A stretch of DNA of 64,000 nt from Ignavibacteriota bacterium (GTDB lineage Bacteria; Bacteroidota; Ignavibacteria; UBA10030). Below the pieces are notes generated by a model. It saw nothing but the letters and a program-made list of their open reading frames with translations, was not told the DNA's origin and did not search any database. Location: assembly GCA_963727825.1 (NCBI GenBank), contig CAVSHO010000001.1, positions 288,001-352,000 on the forward strand. The letters are read 5' to 3'. Below, piece after piece: positions 1 to 10,673 of the stretch; positions within the stretch are counted from its first letter, which is position 1; every line of letters starts with the position of its first letter. A program made the position numbers and the translations under genes.

Positions 1-58
1 CATGAAAAGATTTGCCAACGCGTTGCTGTATGGAAAGATTGAGAATGAAGAGTGTCGC

Positions 59-538
59 TCATCTTTGCTTGAAGTGTTTGTTTGCCCCGGTGTTCACCAA
101 TCCTCTTCCTGATTTCTTTATGCGGCCATCCTTTTTTAGATCATCAAGAATTGAATCGAGCACGCCATTAACAAATTTATCGCTTTTCTCGGTACTGAAA
201 TCACGGGCGATTTCTATGGCTTCGTTGATAGTGACTTTTGGTGGAATGTCATCGAAGTACAATAATTCACATATACTCATTCGCAGTACAATCCTATCGA
301 TAATAGCGAGGCGGTTAAACTCCCAATGTTCGATCCGCTGCCGTATCAAATCATCCAGCTCTTTGTTGCATTCAATAACTTTGAGGATTAACTGTTTTGC
401 GAAGGCGAACGATGCTGGCTGTTTCTCCAAATCAGCAACAACGTTCTCAATGATAAACTGGATAGGTTCATGAGAAAGTTCGTACGCATAAAGCGCCTGC
501 AAAACCCGTTCTCGTACTATTCGTCGTCGGAGAGACAT
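59..538 (-). CDS. nusB: Transcription antitermination factor NusB
   Basis: MSLRRRIVRERVLQALYAYE...DRIVLRMSICEL...INEAIEIARDFS...FVNGVLD motifs; start reassigned to the ATG at 538. Confidence 0.95.
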   Translation of the reverse strand: MSLRRRIVRERVLQALYAYELSHEPIQFIIENVVADLEKQPASFAFAKQLILKVIECNKELDDLIRQRIEHWEFNRLAIIDRIVLRMSICELLYFDDIPPKVTINEAIEIARDFSTEKSDKFVNGVLDSILDDLKKDGRIKKSGRGLVNTGANKHFKQR

Positions 539-681
539 GGCATTATCAATGAAAGAACTTATAAATGGAATGAATACGCTGCACACCTGTAACTTATGCA
601 AAAAATGGGAGGGAGGCAACAGGTGATTTGTTGAAGTGATAATGGGCAAATAGTAATTGGCAACAAAGGAGAAGTTCACCT

Positions 682-3630
682 CTATTTCATTGGCCAATTG
701 CCATCGATCTTTCTTGTTACTGCTGGGAGAAATCCTGATTCGTGTTCAATGAAGGAAAAATCTGCATTCAATAACTCAGTGAAATTATACTTTCGGCGCA
801 ATGCTTTTTCTAATGCAGAAAATGTCTTTTGTATGTCACGCTGGATAGAATATAGTTCTGCACTTCGGTATAAAATCGAAGGCGAATTGTTATTAATTTG
901 CATTGCCTTGTTCATTGCTGTTTCGCCATCAGAAAAATTTCCAAGTCGTGAATGGAACAGACCGACATATGAAAGAGCTTCAGCATTTCCAGGATTGATT
1001 TCAATTGTTTGTTCCGCTATTGCCAATCCATCTGCCAACCACTTTTGTGCGATGCTGATTTGGAGTGAGAGCTGGTAGGCGCGTCCAATCCAATAATAAT
1101 ATCGATAATCTTTGGGAGATGTGAGAAGCTTTTGCCGGAAATATTCAATTACACTGTCGTATTTTCCTTCATTAAGCCAAATATTTTGAATAAAATTAAT
1201 TGTTAGCGCTTCCTCATCTTCTCCAAATAATTGTGCCTGCTTATAGGACATTTCTGCGGCGGGGTATTCCTGTTTCATCTGTTGAATTATTGCGATAGTT
1301 AAATGTGATTTTGCATTTAACGGATCGTATAAAATGGCGTTGGAGGCATACATAGAAGCATCGTCAAGCTTGCCGGCGATGATAGAAAGAAAAGCAAGTT
1401 CCCGGTAACATTCCGGATCTTGTGGAAATAAAGCCACACTCTGAGCCACAGAAGAAAGAGCCTGACTATAATTCTGTTTAATACGAGCGTAGATTGCCAG
1501 AACCTTGTAGGCAAGAGCATTGTTGGGGGAATATCGCAGCGCGCGCTGTGCGTAGTCAAAGGCAGATTCTATAAACTGTGAATCGTCCGTTGCAGAGAAC
1601 ATACGTAACTTAATATCAGCAAGCATTGCATAAGCCAGACCGAAGGATGGATCAATTTGTACCGCTGTGAGCAATAGAGCTTTTGCAGAATCTAATTCTG
1701 TGCTGGAGTTTAGTTGTAGCAGATGAAAGGCTTTTAGATATTTTTCAAACGCAGTGATATTGGAAATCTGTGCAATCTCTGGCAGTTTGCATTTTATCTC
1801 CATTTTATCGATAACTTTTTGAAGGATATTTGCACGCATTTCACTCAGCGCAGATATCTGTCCTTCCACCGATCCAATAAAGATAACCTTCTGTTGATCT
1901 GGGTTGAACATGCGTATAAATATAGTATAGCCTCCACGATATTCTTGAACAGTCAACATCACTAGATAGCTTGTGGGAAGCAAGGAAGTGATCTTTTGGA
2001 TGTGTGCTTGATCAGGTACATATAAAAGTGAAGAAGATGGAGCAATAACAGTCAAGTGCTCGCATCGTGAGAAATCTTCCGCCAGCAAAGCTGGAAGTGC
2101 ATCAAATACGTCAATATTACTCGTATCGTGTGGAGCATTCATTAATTGCAAGATGGCAATCGATGCTTTCTTGGGGAAAATGATGTCTAATAGTTTTGGA
2201 ACACCAAGCAACGCTATTCCTATCGTTATAATCGCGGCTATGGTGAAGTACAATCTTTTGTGCCGAGATTTATGATCGATTTGTTGGCGATGATGTGCTT
2301 GCTGCCGTCTTTGTTCTTCTACTTTTTGTTGAAGCCTAGCAAGTTCATGAGCGCGTTGCTCTTCGTGTGCCTGCTTCGCTTGAATACGCAACAACTCCGC
2401 CTTTGCCTGTTCAGTTTGATGAATACTTTCTTCCAATCGTCGTGCTGCAGCATGGTTTGGGTCAATAACAAAGAGTTCGTGCAATGTAAAAGTCGCTTCT
2501 GTGAATTTTTCTTCCTGAAGAAGTGCCCGTGCCTGTTCAAGCAGTTCTTCAATATGCCGCTCTTCATCTGATACTTGCTTAGAAGCGTTTTCTAATCGCG
2601 TGGTTCTCTTCTTTTCCTCAAGTCGGTAACGTTCTTCCTCAATTTGCGCAATAAGTTGTTGGGCACCGACATGCAATGGACGGAGGCGGAAGATTTCATT
2701 TACTTCACTTTCAGCCGCGTCTAACTGGCCTTCCGCAAAATACTCATTAGCTTTTTGAAGATACTCTTGTAATATTTTCTCTTGTTCTTCTTCTGCCTTC
2801 TTGCGTTCAGTGTTAATTCGCTGCTGAGGGTCGAGTTGATAGATTTTATTTAATTCTGCCTCGGCTTCGTTTGTTTTGCCTTCTTCATAGTATTTCTCGG
2901 CATTCGCATAATGTTCCGCAATTTCTTTTCTTTGCTCTTCCTCTCTCTTTTCAAATCCTTGTTTGGCCCGTTGTTTTGCCTCTTCAACATGCCTGGCTTC
3001 AAGTGCTTCTTCAGTTTCCACTTTCTGCGCTAACTCTTCTTGATTATGTGCCAGTGTCTCCAACGCCTTGGCAGATGGTGTTGCAAATTCAGCAATGTTA
3101 TCGATTAAGATTTCATACACTTCTACTTGTTCAGGTATATTCTTCAATTGCTGAAGACCGAGTGGAAAAACCCGTAGCTGTATCTTATTGCGTATCTGTT
3201 GGTACACATCTTGTGAAATCCAAATTCGGTTCGTTCCAGCCATAGCTTCAATACGGGAAGCGATGTTCACGCCATCTCCAATAATATCCTCGTCACGGAT
3301 GATCACATCACCTAGATGAATACCTACGCGAATTTCGATTTTATCTATTTCCGACTTGTTCTTGTTGAAATGCAAAAATCGCTTTTGTACTTCAATAGCG
3401 CATCTTACCGCATTGACAGCGCTTGCGAAATCAATCATAAACGAATCGCCGATGGATTTTATGACGCGTCCATCAAATTTTGCGGCAAGCACACGTAAAA
3501 GAGCATCATGTGTTTTCAATAACTCAAAAGCGGTAGTTTCACTCTTAGCCATCTTTTTTGAAAAACCTTTGATGTCTGTAAACATAATCGCAGTGAGTTT
3601 GCGGGTTTCAATATCGGTTGGGAACATCAT
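682..3630 (-). CDS. Class III adenylate cyclase with coiled-coil/TPR linker, one TM helix, TolB-like and TPR domains
   Basis: AIMFTDIKGFS, KSIGDSFM, RVGIHLGDV and GDGVNIASRIE cyclase motifs; hydrophobic LYFTIAAIITIGIALLGV segment; many TPR-like repeats. Confidence 0.9.
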   Translation of the reverse strand: MMFPTDIETRKLTAIMFTDIKGFSKKMAKSETTAFELLKTHDALLRVLAAKFDGRVIKSIGDSFMIDFASAVNAVRCAIEVQKRFLHFNKNKSEIDKIEIRVGIHLGDVIIRDEDIIGDGVNIASRIEAMAGTNRIWISQDVYQQIRNKIQLRVFPLGLQQLKNIPEQVEVYEILIDNIAEFATPSAKALETLAHNQEELAQKVETEEALEARHVEEAKQRAKQGFEKREEEQRKEIAEHYANAEKYYEEGKTNEAEAELNKIYQLDPQQRINTERKKAEEEQEKILQEYLQKANEYFAEGQLDAAESEVNEIFRLRPLHVGAQQLIAQIEEERYRLEEKKRTTRLENASKQVSDEERHIEELLEQARALLQEEKFTEATFTLHELFVIDPNHAAARRLEESIHQTEQAKAELLRIQAKQAHEEQRAHELARLQQKVEEQRRQQAHHRQQIDHKSRHKRLYFTIAAIITIGIALLGVPKLLDIIFPKKASIAILQLMNAPHDTSNIDVFDALPALLAEDFSRCEHLTVIAPSSSLLYVPDQAHIQKITSLLPTSYLVMLTVQEYRGGYTIFIRMFNPDQQKVIFIGSVEGQISALSEMRANILQKVIDKMEIKCKLPEIAQISNITAFEKYLKAFHLLQLNSSTELDSAKALLLTAVQIDPSFGLAYAMLADIKLRMFSATDDSQFIESAFDYAQRALRYSPNNALAYKVLAIYARIKQNYSQALSSVAQSVALFPQDPECYRELAFLSIIAGKLDDASMYASNAILYDPLNAKSHLTIAIIQQMKQEYPAAEMSYKQAQLFGEDEEALTINFIQNIWLNEGKYDSVIEYFRQKLLTSPKDYRYYYWIGRAYQLSLQISIAQKWLADGLAIAEQTIEINPGNAEALSYVGLFHSRLGNFSDGETAMNKAMQINNNSPSILYRSAELYSIQRDIQKTFSALEKALRRKYNFTELLNADFSFIEHESGFLPAVTRKIDGNWPMK

Positions 3631-3773
3631 TATAATATACGCTCTATCGAAAAATCGTAAGTCATCGGATAACTCATCTATCTAAAGATAGGTGTGGAGA
3701 GATTGAATGTCAACACTTTCTCCAAAAAAGGTCAGGGGTTCTTGTCGGAAAATGAGAAAAACTGTATCGTGGA

Positions 3774-5925
3774 TCACACTTCTTTCTTAAAATTGAAATT
3801 AGTTGTTTTATTAATGTAATATTTCTTCACATATTCCTCCAGCATCCTATCCGAACTAAACTGTGACAACAATGTCTGCATTGCGTTGCGGATACGTTTT
3901 AACCACATATGCGGAATGCCTCGATCGTCACGATTATAAAATTCTGGAATGACCGATTTGGAAAGGACTTCTTCCAAGTTTTCAAAATCATGTTCATCTT
4001 GCATCTCCCAATCGACTTCATCCTCATCGTTGCCTATAGTCCAACCATTTTTACCGTTGTAACCTTCACGCCACCAACCATCCATAATACTCAGATTTAA
4101 TCCTCCGTGGATCGTAATTTTCATGCCGCTTGTTCCGCTGGCTTCGAGCGGACGGCGCGGAGTATTTAGCCATACATCGGCGCCGGAAATGAGATGACGA
4201 GCTACATTAATATCATAATTTTCAAGAAACACTACCTTTCCATTTAACTCTGGTTGACGCGATATTTCTATGATGCGCTGAATGAATCGTTTGCCTTCGT
4301 TATCATGTGGATGCGCCTTGCCAGCGAAGATGATTTGAACCGGATGTTGTGTATCTGTTAATAAAGGAACTATTTTTTCTAAATGCCGGAATATCAATGG
4401 CGCGCGTTTGTAGGTTGCGAATCGGCGAGCAAATCCAATCGTCAATGCATCGGGAGATAAGATGTGGCTTGTCGCAAGAGATGTACCGCCCATACGAATA
4501 TATTTTTGCCGGCGGGCGTAATCCACTAAATCACGTCGTAATGAATAACGCAATGCCCAGAGTTCTTCGTCGGTGGCAAGTTCGTTGTCCGCTATCTTCT
4601 TCCAAAATTTTTGTTCCATTAACTTAGCTGTCCAATCAAAACCAAGTCGTTTGTTCCAAAAATCGTGCGCATGTGCTGTTGCCCATCCCGGTGTGTGGAC
4701 ACCGTTTGTTACATATCCTATAGGAATGTCGTCTACCGATCTTCCAGGAAATAATTCTTTCCACATTTCTCTGCTCACATGTCCGTGTAATTCGCTGACG
4801 CCATTTGCTGCGCGAGACATCTTTATTGCAAGCACTGTCATCGTAAATGGTTCATTCCTCTCAGCAGGATGAACACGACCGTAAGACATTAAAATTTCGT
4901 GCGACAATCCTGTGGGATTCCAGAACTTGCCAAGCGCGTATGTCATTAACTCGGAATTGAACCGGTCGTGCCCTGCCTGCACAGGTGTATGAGTTGTGAA
5001 GACGCACTTTGAGCGAACTGCTCGTTCAGCTTCTTCCTGTAATTTTCCGGATTCTAATTCCTGCTTAAGTAATTCCAATACTAGAAACGCGGAATGTCCT
5101 TCATTCATATGAAAAACAGATGGCGTTATTCCAAGCGATTGCAGAAGCCGCACACCTCCGATGCCAAGGACAATTTCTTGCCCGATGCGTGTGTCTATGT
5201 TGCCACCGTACACCGTGGCTGTTAGTTCCTGAAAATGCTGGTCATTCTCTGGAAGATTTGTATCGAGCAAATAAAGAATTACTCGCCCGATATGGACAGC
5301 CCATGTTTGGAAGTACACAGTACCTGTGTCCTATTTCAACAGAGTTCAGTAAGCGGCCGCCTTCGGGTTGAAGTACGAGTTCCATCGGAAGGTTATCTGT
5401 ATTATTTGTCGGATATGACTCTTCCTGCCATCCATCGGCATTTATTCGTTGTTGGAAATATCCTTTACGATAGAATAGTCCGATTCCGACGAAAGGCATA
5501 CCAAGGTCGCTTGCAGATTTTGTCTGATCACCGGAAAGAATCCCAAGACCGCCAGAATAAATCGGTAGTGATTCATGTATACCGAATTCGGCGCTAAAAT
5601 ATGCTATTGGATCTTTCAAAGTTGATGCATAGCGTTTCGACCAAGTTGCAGGTTCCGCCATATACAAATCGAATTCTTCAAGTACATTGTGTACACGCCG
5701 GGAGAATTCATGGTCTCGTAGCCGGGCTTCTAATTCCAATTCGGAAATATCTTGCATTACCTCAACCGCGTTGTGATTGGAATAGCGCCATATAAGCGGT
5801 GAAAGTTCGTTGAAAAGATCTTGAGCTTCCGGATTCCAAGTCCACCACATATTTCTAGAAAGAGTTCGTAGGCGTTTTGCAAGGGAAAAGTGAGAGTGAT
5901 TTTTCAACTTGAAGATTGTCGACAT
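3774..5925 (-). pseudogene. glgP: Alpha-glucan (glycogen/starch) phosphorylase interrupted by a +1 frameshift near 5323 (may be a sequencing error)
   Basis: YFSAEFG...YSGGLGILSGD in the upstream ORF; HMNEGH, FARRFATYKR and EASGTSGMK in the downstream ORF; removing one base joins VEIGH to TVYFQTW. Confidence 0.9.
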
Positions 5926-6007
5926 TTTACCTCTGTTAATTGATTTAATATTATGCTATTAAAAATGTAAAATAATTGGTAATAAAACCATTTAGAGGTG
6001 AGTCTAT

Positions 6008-6043
6008 GAAAAACGAAAAGCGCGAACCTCCAAGTCCGCGCTT
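6008..6043 (-). terminator. Rho-independent terminator downstream of ackA
   Basis: Minus strand AAGCGCGGAC-ttggag-GTTCGCGCTT followed by a T-rich run. Confidence 0.6.
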
Positions 6044-6071
6044 ATGTTAGAATTTAATTTCGGAGTTGTTC

Positions 6072-7319
6072 CTATATTTTTCGAGGCACATTAAGAACAC
6101 ATCGAACGGTATCGCGCGCGATCAGCAGTTCTTCGTTGGTCGGGATAACGAACACTTTTACACGGCTTTTCTTCGTGCCGATTTCTCCTTCTTTGCCCAT
6201 AACCATTTCAATATTTAGTTGTTTGTCGATTTCGATGCCGAGCCATTCGAGATTTGTGCAAATGTGTTGCCTGATCACTGCGGAATTTTCACCAATACCT
6301 CCTGTGAAAATGACGGCATCAGCGCCATTCAATTCTGCTAGATAAGAACCGAGATACTTCTTGGCACGTTGCACAAAAATGTTGATAGCGAGCGTAGCGC
6401 GGCGATCCTGATGATTCTCCACCTCATCCATCAAATCCCGCATATCGTTTGTTAATCCGGAAAGGCCGAGTAATCCAGATTGTTTGTTAAGTAGAGTGCC
6501 GATTTCGCTCATCGACATACCTTCTTTGTGCGATAAAAACTCAAGAACTGCTGGATCGATATCACCGCTACGCGTTCCCATTACCAATCCTTCCAATGGA
6601 GAAAATCCCATCGACGTATCGAAAGATGCTCCATTCTTGATGGCACAAGCTGAACATCCATTGCCGAGATGCATAGTGATTACGTTGGTCTCTTCACGTG
6701 TCTTACCAGTTAACTGTCGATATCGGAACGCTACATAACGGTGCGAAGTTCCATGAAATCCGTATCGCCGTATTTTATGTCTTTGATAAAGTTGGTACGG
6801 AATAGCGTACAGGAAGGATGACTCCGGCATTGTAGAATGGAATGATGTGTCGAATACTGCAGCTGCTGGAACGCCGGGTCCGAAAAGTTCGCGCGCGGCA
6901 TTAATGCCTTTTAAGTTTGCCGGATTATGCAATGGAGCAAGGTCAATGCAGTCTTCAATTCCACGAATTACTGAGTCGTTAATGATGATAGATTTTGTGA
7001 ATAACTCAGCACCGTGCACCACACGATGACCAACAGCATGAATATCCGAGAGTGATTCAATGCCAGGAATTTGTGCATCAGTGGAGATAATCCATTTAAC
7101 AATATAGTCAAGTGCTGCTTTATGATCGCGTAACGGAGCTACATGTTTTATTGGAGCTTTACCTGCAGCTTGAAATGTAACTAGTGCTTGATTGCTGATC
7201 CGTTCAATGACACCTTTCGCAAGTTGTTTATCTGCATCTTTCTCAATCATCTCAAGATCGGTTTGAATGATTTGGAATTTTAGAGAAGAACTGCCGCAAT
7301 TTAAAACGAGAATATTCAT
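6072..7319 (-). CDS. ackA: Acetate kinase
   Basis: LVLNCGSSSLK, GHRVVHG, APLHNP, YGFHGTSH, GTRSGDIDP, IPTNEE. Confidence 0.97.
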   Translation of the reverse strand: MNILVLNCGSSSLKFQIIQTDLEMIEKDADKQLAKGVIERISNQALVTFQAAGKAPIKHVAPLRDHKAALDYIVKWIISTDAQIPGIESLSDIHAVGHRVVHGAELFTKSIIINDSVIRGIEDCIDLAPLHNPANLKGINAARELFGPGVPAAAVFDTSFHSTMPESSFLYAIPYQLYQRHKIRRYGFHGTSHRYVAFRYRQLTGKTREETNVITMHLGNGCSACAIKNGASFDTSMGFSPLEGLVMGTRSGDIDPAVLEFLSHKEGMSMSEIGTLLNKQSGLLGLSGLTNDMRDLMDEVENHQDRRATLAINIFVQRAKKYLGSYLAELNGADAVIFTGGIGENSAVIRQHICTNLEWLGIEIDKQLNIEMVMGKEGEIGTKKSRVKVFVIPTNEELLIARDTVRCVLNVPRKI

Positions 7320-7521
7320 ATGTTCAATCTGAAAGTTTAGGTGATAAAAAAAGTAACGATTTCTATTCGGAAATTACATCACTAAGTTATTAAAAAAGAC
7401 GCTTCAAACTTACGGCTTTGTTGCTGAAAACTCAAGTTAGGTTTGTTTCATTTTACGGGTTTTTTCAGCTATCTTCATGACAGTAATTCCTGAATCCATT
7501 TATTAAAGAATTCATTACTTC

Positions 7522-8532
7522 TTGAAAAAATTCACACTCAAATCGCTTCCTGGTGATCATCTTCACCTTGTTCAACCGCAGCACCTGCGCATTAACTATC
7601 AACAGGAGTTGAATTCGGCACAGTATGCAGCGGCTACATCGGTCAATGGCCCGCATCTCATCATAGCCGGAGCGGGAACTGGAAAAACGCGCACAATTGT
7701 GTACCGCGTGGCGTATCTTGTGGAGTTAGGTGTAAAACCGGATTCTGTGCTGTTACTCACGTTTACACGAAAAGCCGCGCAAGAAATGTTGCGAAAGGCA
7801 TCGATATTATTGGACAGCCGATGCGATCAAATCTCTGGGGGAACATTTCACTCATTCGCTAATAACGTCTTGCGGAAGTACGTCAATCAAATAGGCTATG
7901 AAAGTAATTTCACTATTCTGGATCAGACTGATGCTGAAGATGTTGTTAATCTTATTCGGACAAGGCAAAAATTAGATACGAAAGAAAGACGCTTCCCGCG
8001 CAAGGAAACGCTTTATGATCTTTACAGCCGTTCACTTAATACGATGACACCGGTGAAAGAATTGCTGGCGATGGATTACCCGCAATACCTTGAAATCGAA
8101 ACCGACATCGTAGCGCTCCATGCTGCTTATGTGAAATACAAGCATGAACACAACCTGATGGATTACGATGATCTACTGCTTAATCTTGCAGTGCTTCTCC
8201 GTAAGAACGAAGCCGTACGCGCAGCGCTCTCAGATCGCTATAAATATATTATGGTGGATGAATACCAAGACACGAATAGACTGCAAGCAGAGATTGTGAA
8301 GCTGCTGGCATTTAAGCACCGAAACCTAATGGTTGTCGGTGATGATGCGCAGTGTATTTACTCCTTTCGCGGCTCTACGATTCAGAATATTCTTTCATTC
8401 GGAAAAGAATTCAAGGATTGTAAAATTATTAAATTAGAAGAAAATTTTCGAAGCACTCAGCCGATTCTAAATTTAGCGAATGAAATCTTATTGAAGGGTG
8501 GAGAAAGATTGGGTGAGACTAAGAAACGGTAG
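7522..8532 (+). CDS. UvrD/PcrA-family helicase, N-terminal half (1A/1B domains)
   Basis: AGAGTGKT Walker A, TFTRKAA, VDEYQDTN, VGDDAQCIYSFRG, LEENFRST. Confidence 0.9.
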   Translation: MKKFTLKSLPGDHLHLVQPQHLRINYQQELNSAQYAAATSVNGPHLIIAGAGTGKTRTIVYRVAYLVELGVKPDSVLLLTFTRKAAQEMLRKASILLDSRCDQISGGTFHSFANNVLRKYVNQIGYESNFTILDQTDAEDVVNLIRTRQKLDTKERRFPRKETLYDLYSRSLNTMTPVKELLAMDYPQYLEIETDIVALHAAYVKYKHEHNLMDYDDLLLNLAVLLRKNEAVRAALSDRYKYIMVDEYQDTNRLQAEIVKLLAFKHRNLMVVGDDAQCIYSFRGSTIQNILSFGKEFKDCKIIKLEENFRSTQPILNLANEILLKGGERLGETKKR

Positions 8533-8619
8533 TGGAATGTTCAACTAACAATAAACAATGATCAGTTACCAATAACAAATTACTTTTTCCTTTTGATTTT
8601 GCACTTTTAGCGTGAACCG

Positions 8620-9645
8620 ATGTACACAAAAGAACTTTTCACAAAAAAATCAGGCGGAAATTTACCGCAGCTTGTTTCTGCACAAACGGAAAACCAGCAA
8701 TCACGATACGTAGTGCAAAAGATTCTTGAATACCGTGAGGCGGGCATTCCACTGGAAGAAATGGCTGTCCTATTCCGCTCATCTTTTCATTCATTTGATC
8801 TGGAAATTGAACTGGCAAAAGCGAATATTCCATTTCTAAAATTTGGCGGATTTAAGTTTATTGAAACAGCACATGTGAAGGATGTTATTGCCTATTTGCG
8901 CGTGCTGGAAAATCCACGCGATGTTGTCTCGTGGAATCGAATCCTGTTGTTGATTGATGGTGTTGGCCCGCGCACAGCTGAAAAAGTTGTGGATGATATA
9001 CTAAAACGGCGCGTTGGTTTAGCGAAGGAATTTAAGGAAGCCGTCACGGCTACTACGAAGTTTTGGATGGACTACGGCAGCTATCCGGACAATGTCCGTA
9101 AGTTATTCAATATACTAAAAGATATTGCCGCGCCTAATATTCCACCGTCAGAGAAGACATTTCAGATTCTTCAATATTATGAACCAATTCTACGGGCAAG
9201 GTATGAAGATCATTTAAAAAGGAAAAAAGATCTCGATACATTTCAGAATATCACCGAGCGTTACAAATCGGTAGATGAACTGCTGACCGATCTCGCGCTT
9301 GAGCCGCCAAATGAAAGCATAGCCGACATCGAATCACCTGGTCCAGAAACAGAATACTTGACGCTTTCAACCATCCATAGCGCCAAAGGATTGGAGTGGA
9401 ATACCGTGTTTGTTATCTACGCGCTCGAAGGAAGATTCCCGACTATGCGTTCTGCTGCAAGCGATGAAGAAATGGAGGAGGAACGCCGCTTGATGTACGT
9501 TGCTTGCACGCGTGCAAAAGAACATCTTATCATCACGTATCCAATGAATATCTATGATCGTGAAAGCGGTTTGATACTGACAAAACCTTCGCGATTTATC
9601 GAGGGCATTGGTGAAAATTTGTTGGAGCCATGGGTGGTGGAATAG
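8620..9645 (+). CDS. UvrD/PcrA-family helicase, C-terminal half (2A/2B domains)
   Basis: AVLFRS, STIHSAKGLEW, EEERRLMYVACTRAK; same frame as the N-terminal half. Confidence 0.9.
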   Translation: MYTKELFTKKSGGNLPQLVSAQTENQQSRYVVQKILEYREAGIPLEEMAVLFRSSFHSFDLEIELAKANIPFLKFGGFKFIETAHVKDVIAYLRVLENPRDVVSWNRILLLIDGVGPRTAEKVVDDILKRRVGLAKEFKEAVTATTKFWMDYGSYPDNVRKLFNILKDIAAPNIPPSEKTFQILQYYEPILRARYEDHLKRKKDLDTFQNITERYKSVDELLTDLALEPPNESIADIESPGPETEYLTLSTIHSAKGLEWNTVFVIYALEGRFPTMRSAASDEEMEEERRLMYVACTRAKEHLIITYPMNIYDRESGLILTKPSRFIEGIGENLLEPWVVE

Positions 9646-9754
9646 ATGCAATGAATAGCGAAAAATGACAAGTGATTGCTAAAGAATTCTAAAATTCAAA
9701 TTTCTAAGTGACTGAAGATCAAAATAGCAGAACAGCTAATGATCGGTTAATAAA

Positions 9755-10651
9755 ATGTATTCCTATCGCGATTCTGTTAAATCTGATAAATCCGACGAAC
9801 TCATCAATACATATCTGCTTCGTCCAATTGCAGGCGTCATTGTCTGGGCACTCTACTATACTCCGATCACGCCAAACCAAGTTACCATTATCGCAATCTT
9901 ATCGGGTATTATAGCCGCACTTTTTTATTTAAAAGGAACAGCAAGCGCGTTCGTTATTGCTGGACTGCTTATTACATTAAAAGATATTCTTGATTCTGCC
10001 GATGGACAGCTTGCACGAGCTAAACAACAACAAAGTCGTACTGGAAGATTCTTAGATTCAATCGGTGATTTTGTAGTGGATGCTGCCGTCTTCGGTTCTA
10101 TCGGATGGACATTGTATAAATTAAACAATGAGTGGGTTATGTTATTTTTGGCTTTGTTCGGACTCATTGGAATTTCTCTGCGAGTGTCATATCACGTGTT
10201 TTATCAGGTACAATTTCTTCACTTACAGAAACAATACAAAAACAATCGTATCACAGAAGAAGTGAGAATTGAAGATCTCGCCACAGGTGGAATTGAATTG
10301 AAACTCCAGTACATTTTTCAAATCATCTACGGTTGGCAGGATAGATTGATAGCATGGATTAATTTATGGAATTTAAATAAACCCGTGCAAAATTCTCCAG
10401 AGTCTGAACAAAGAGGACTTTTAGAAAGTTATAAAGCTTGGTATTCGGATACACTTGCTCTTCGTATCTCCGGGTTACTTGGTTTCGGTACGGAGTTATT
10501 TCTGTTGACGCTATGTTCTATTTTCAATCATTTAGAATTATATCTTTATCTTAATATATTTCTTATGAATGGGATTCTGATAATTTGTATCTTGTACAGA
10601 AGATTTATTCTGTCCGCACGATGCTTTGCTGAGAAAAGATATCTGAATTGA
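9755..10651 (+). CDS. CDP-alcohol phosphatidyltransferase family protein
   Basis: ITPNQVT and DSADGQLAR...GRFLDSIGD signature; several TM helices. Confidence 0.9.
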   Translation: MYSYRDSVKSDKSDELINTYLLRPIAGVIVWALYYTPITPNQVTIIAILSGIIAALFYLKGTASAFVIAGLLITLKDILDSADGQLARAKQQQSRTGRFLDSIGDFVVDAAVFGSIGWTLYKLNNEWVMLFLALFGLIGISLRVSYHVFYQVQFLHLQKQYKNNRITEEVRIEDLATGGIELKLQYIFQIIYGWQDRLIAWINLWNLNKPVQNSPESEQRGLLESYKAWYSDTLALRISGLLGFGTELFLLTLCSIFNHLELYLYLNIFLMNGILIICILYRRFILSARCFAEKRYLN

Positions 10652-10673
10652 CATTTGAACTGAGGAGAATAAC

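Noticed and set aside
539-697. N-terminal extension of the nusB ORF in the ORF track
   Set aside because: NusB similarity starts at MSLRRR (538); the extension overlaps the cyclase stop and looks non-coding.
8498-8610. Spliceosomal-intron look-alike in the helicase spacer (GTGAG...CTAAC...TTTTAG)
   Set aside because: Bacterial context, and removal from the GT sites at 8498, 8513 or 8529 to the AG at 8610 does not restore the frame.
8527-8613. T4 gene 60-style translational bypass (CGG-TAG ... CGT) or amber readthrough
   Set aside because: Take-off and landing codons do not match, there is no strong hairpin at the stop, and other genes here use TAG as a normal stop.
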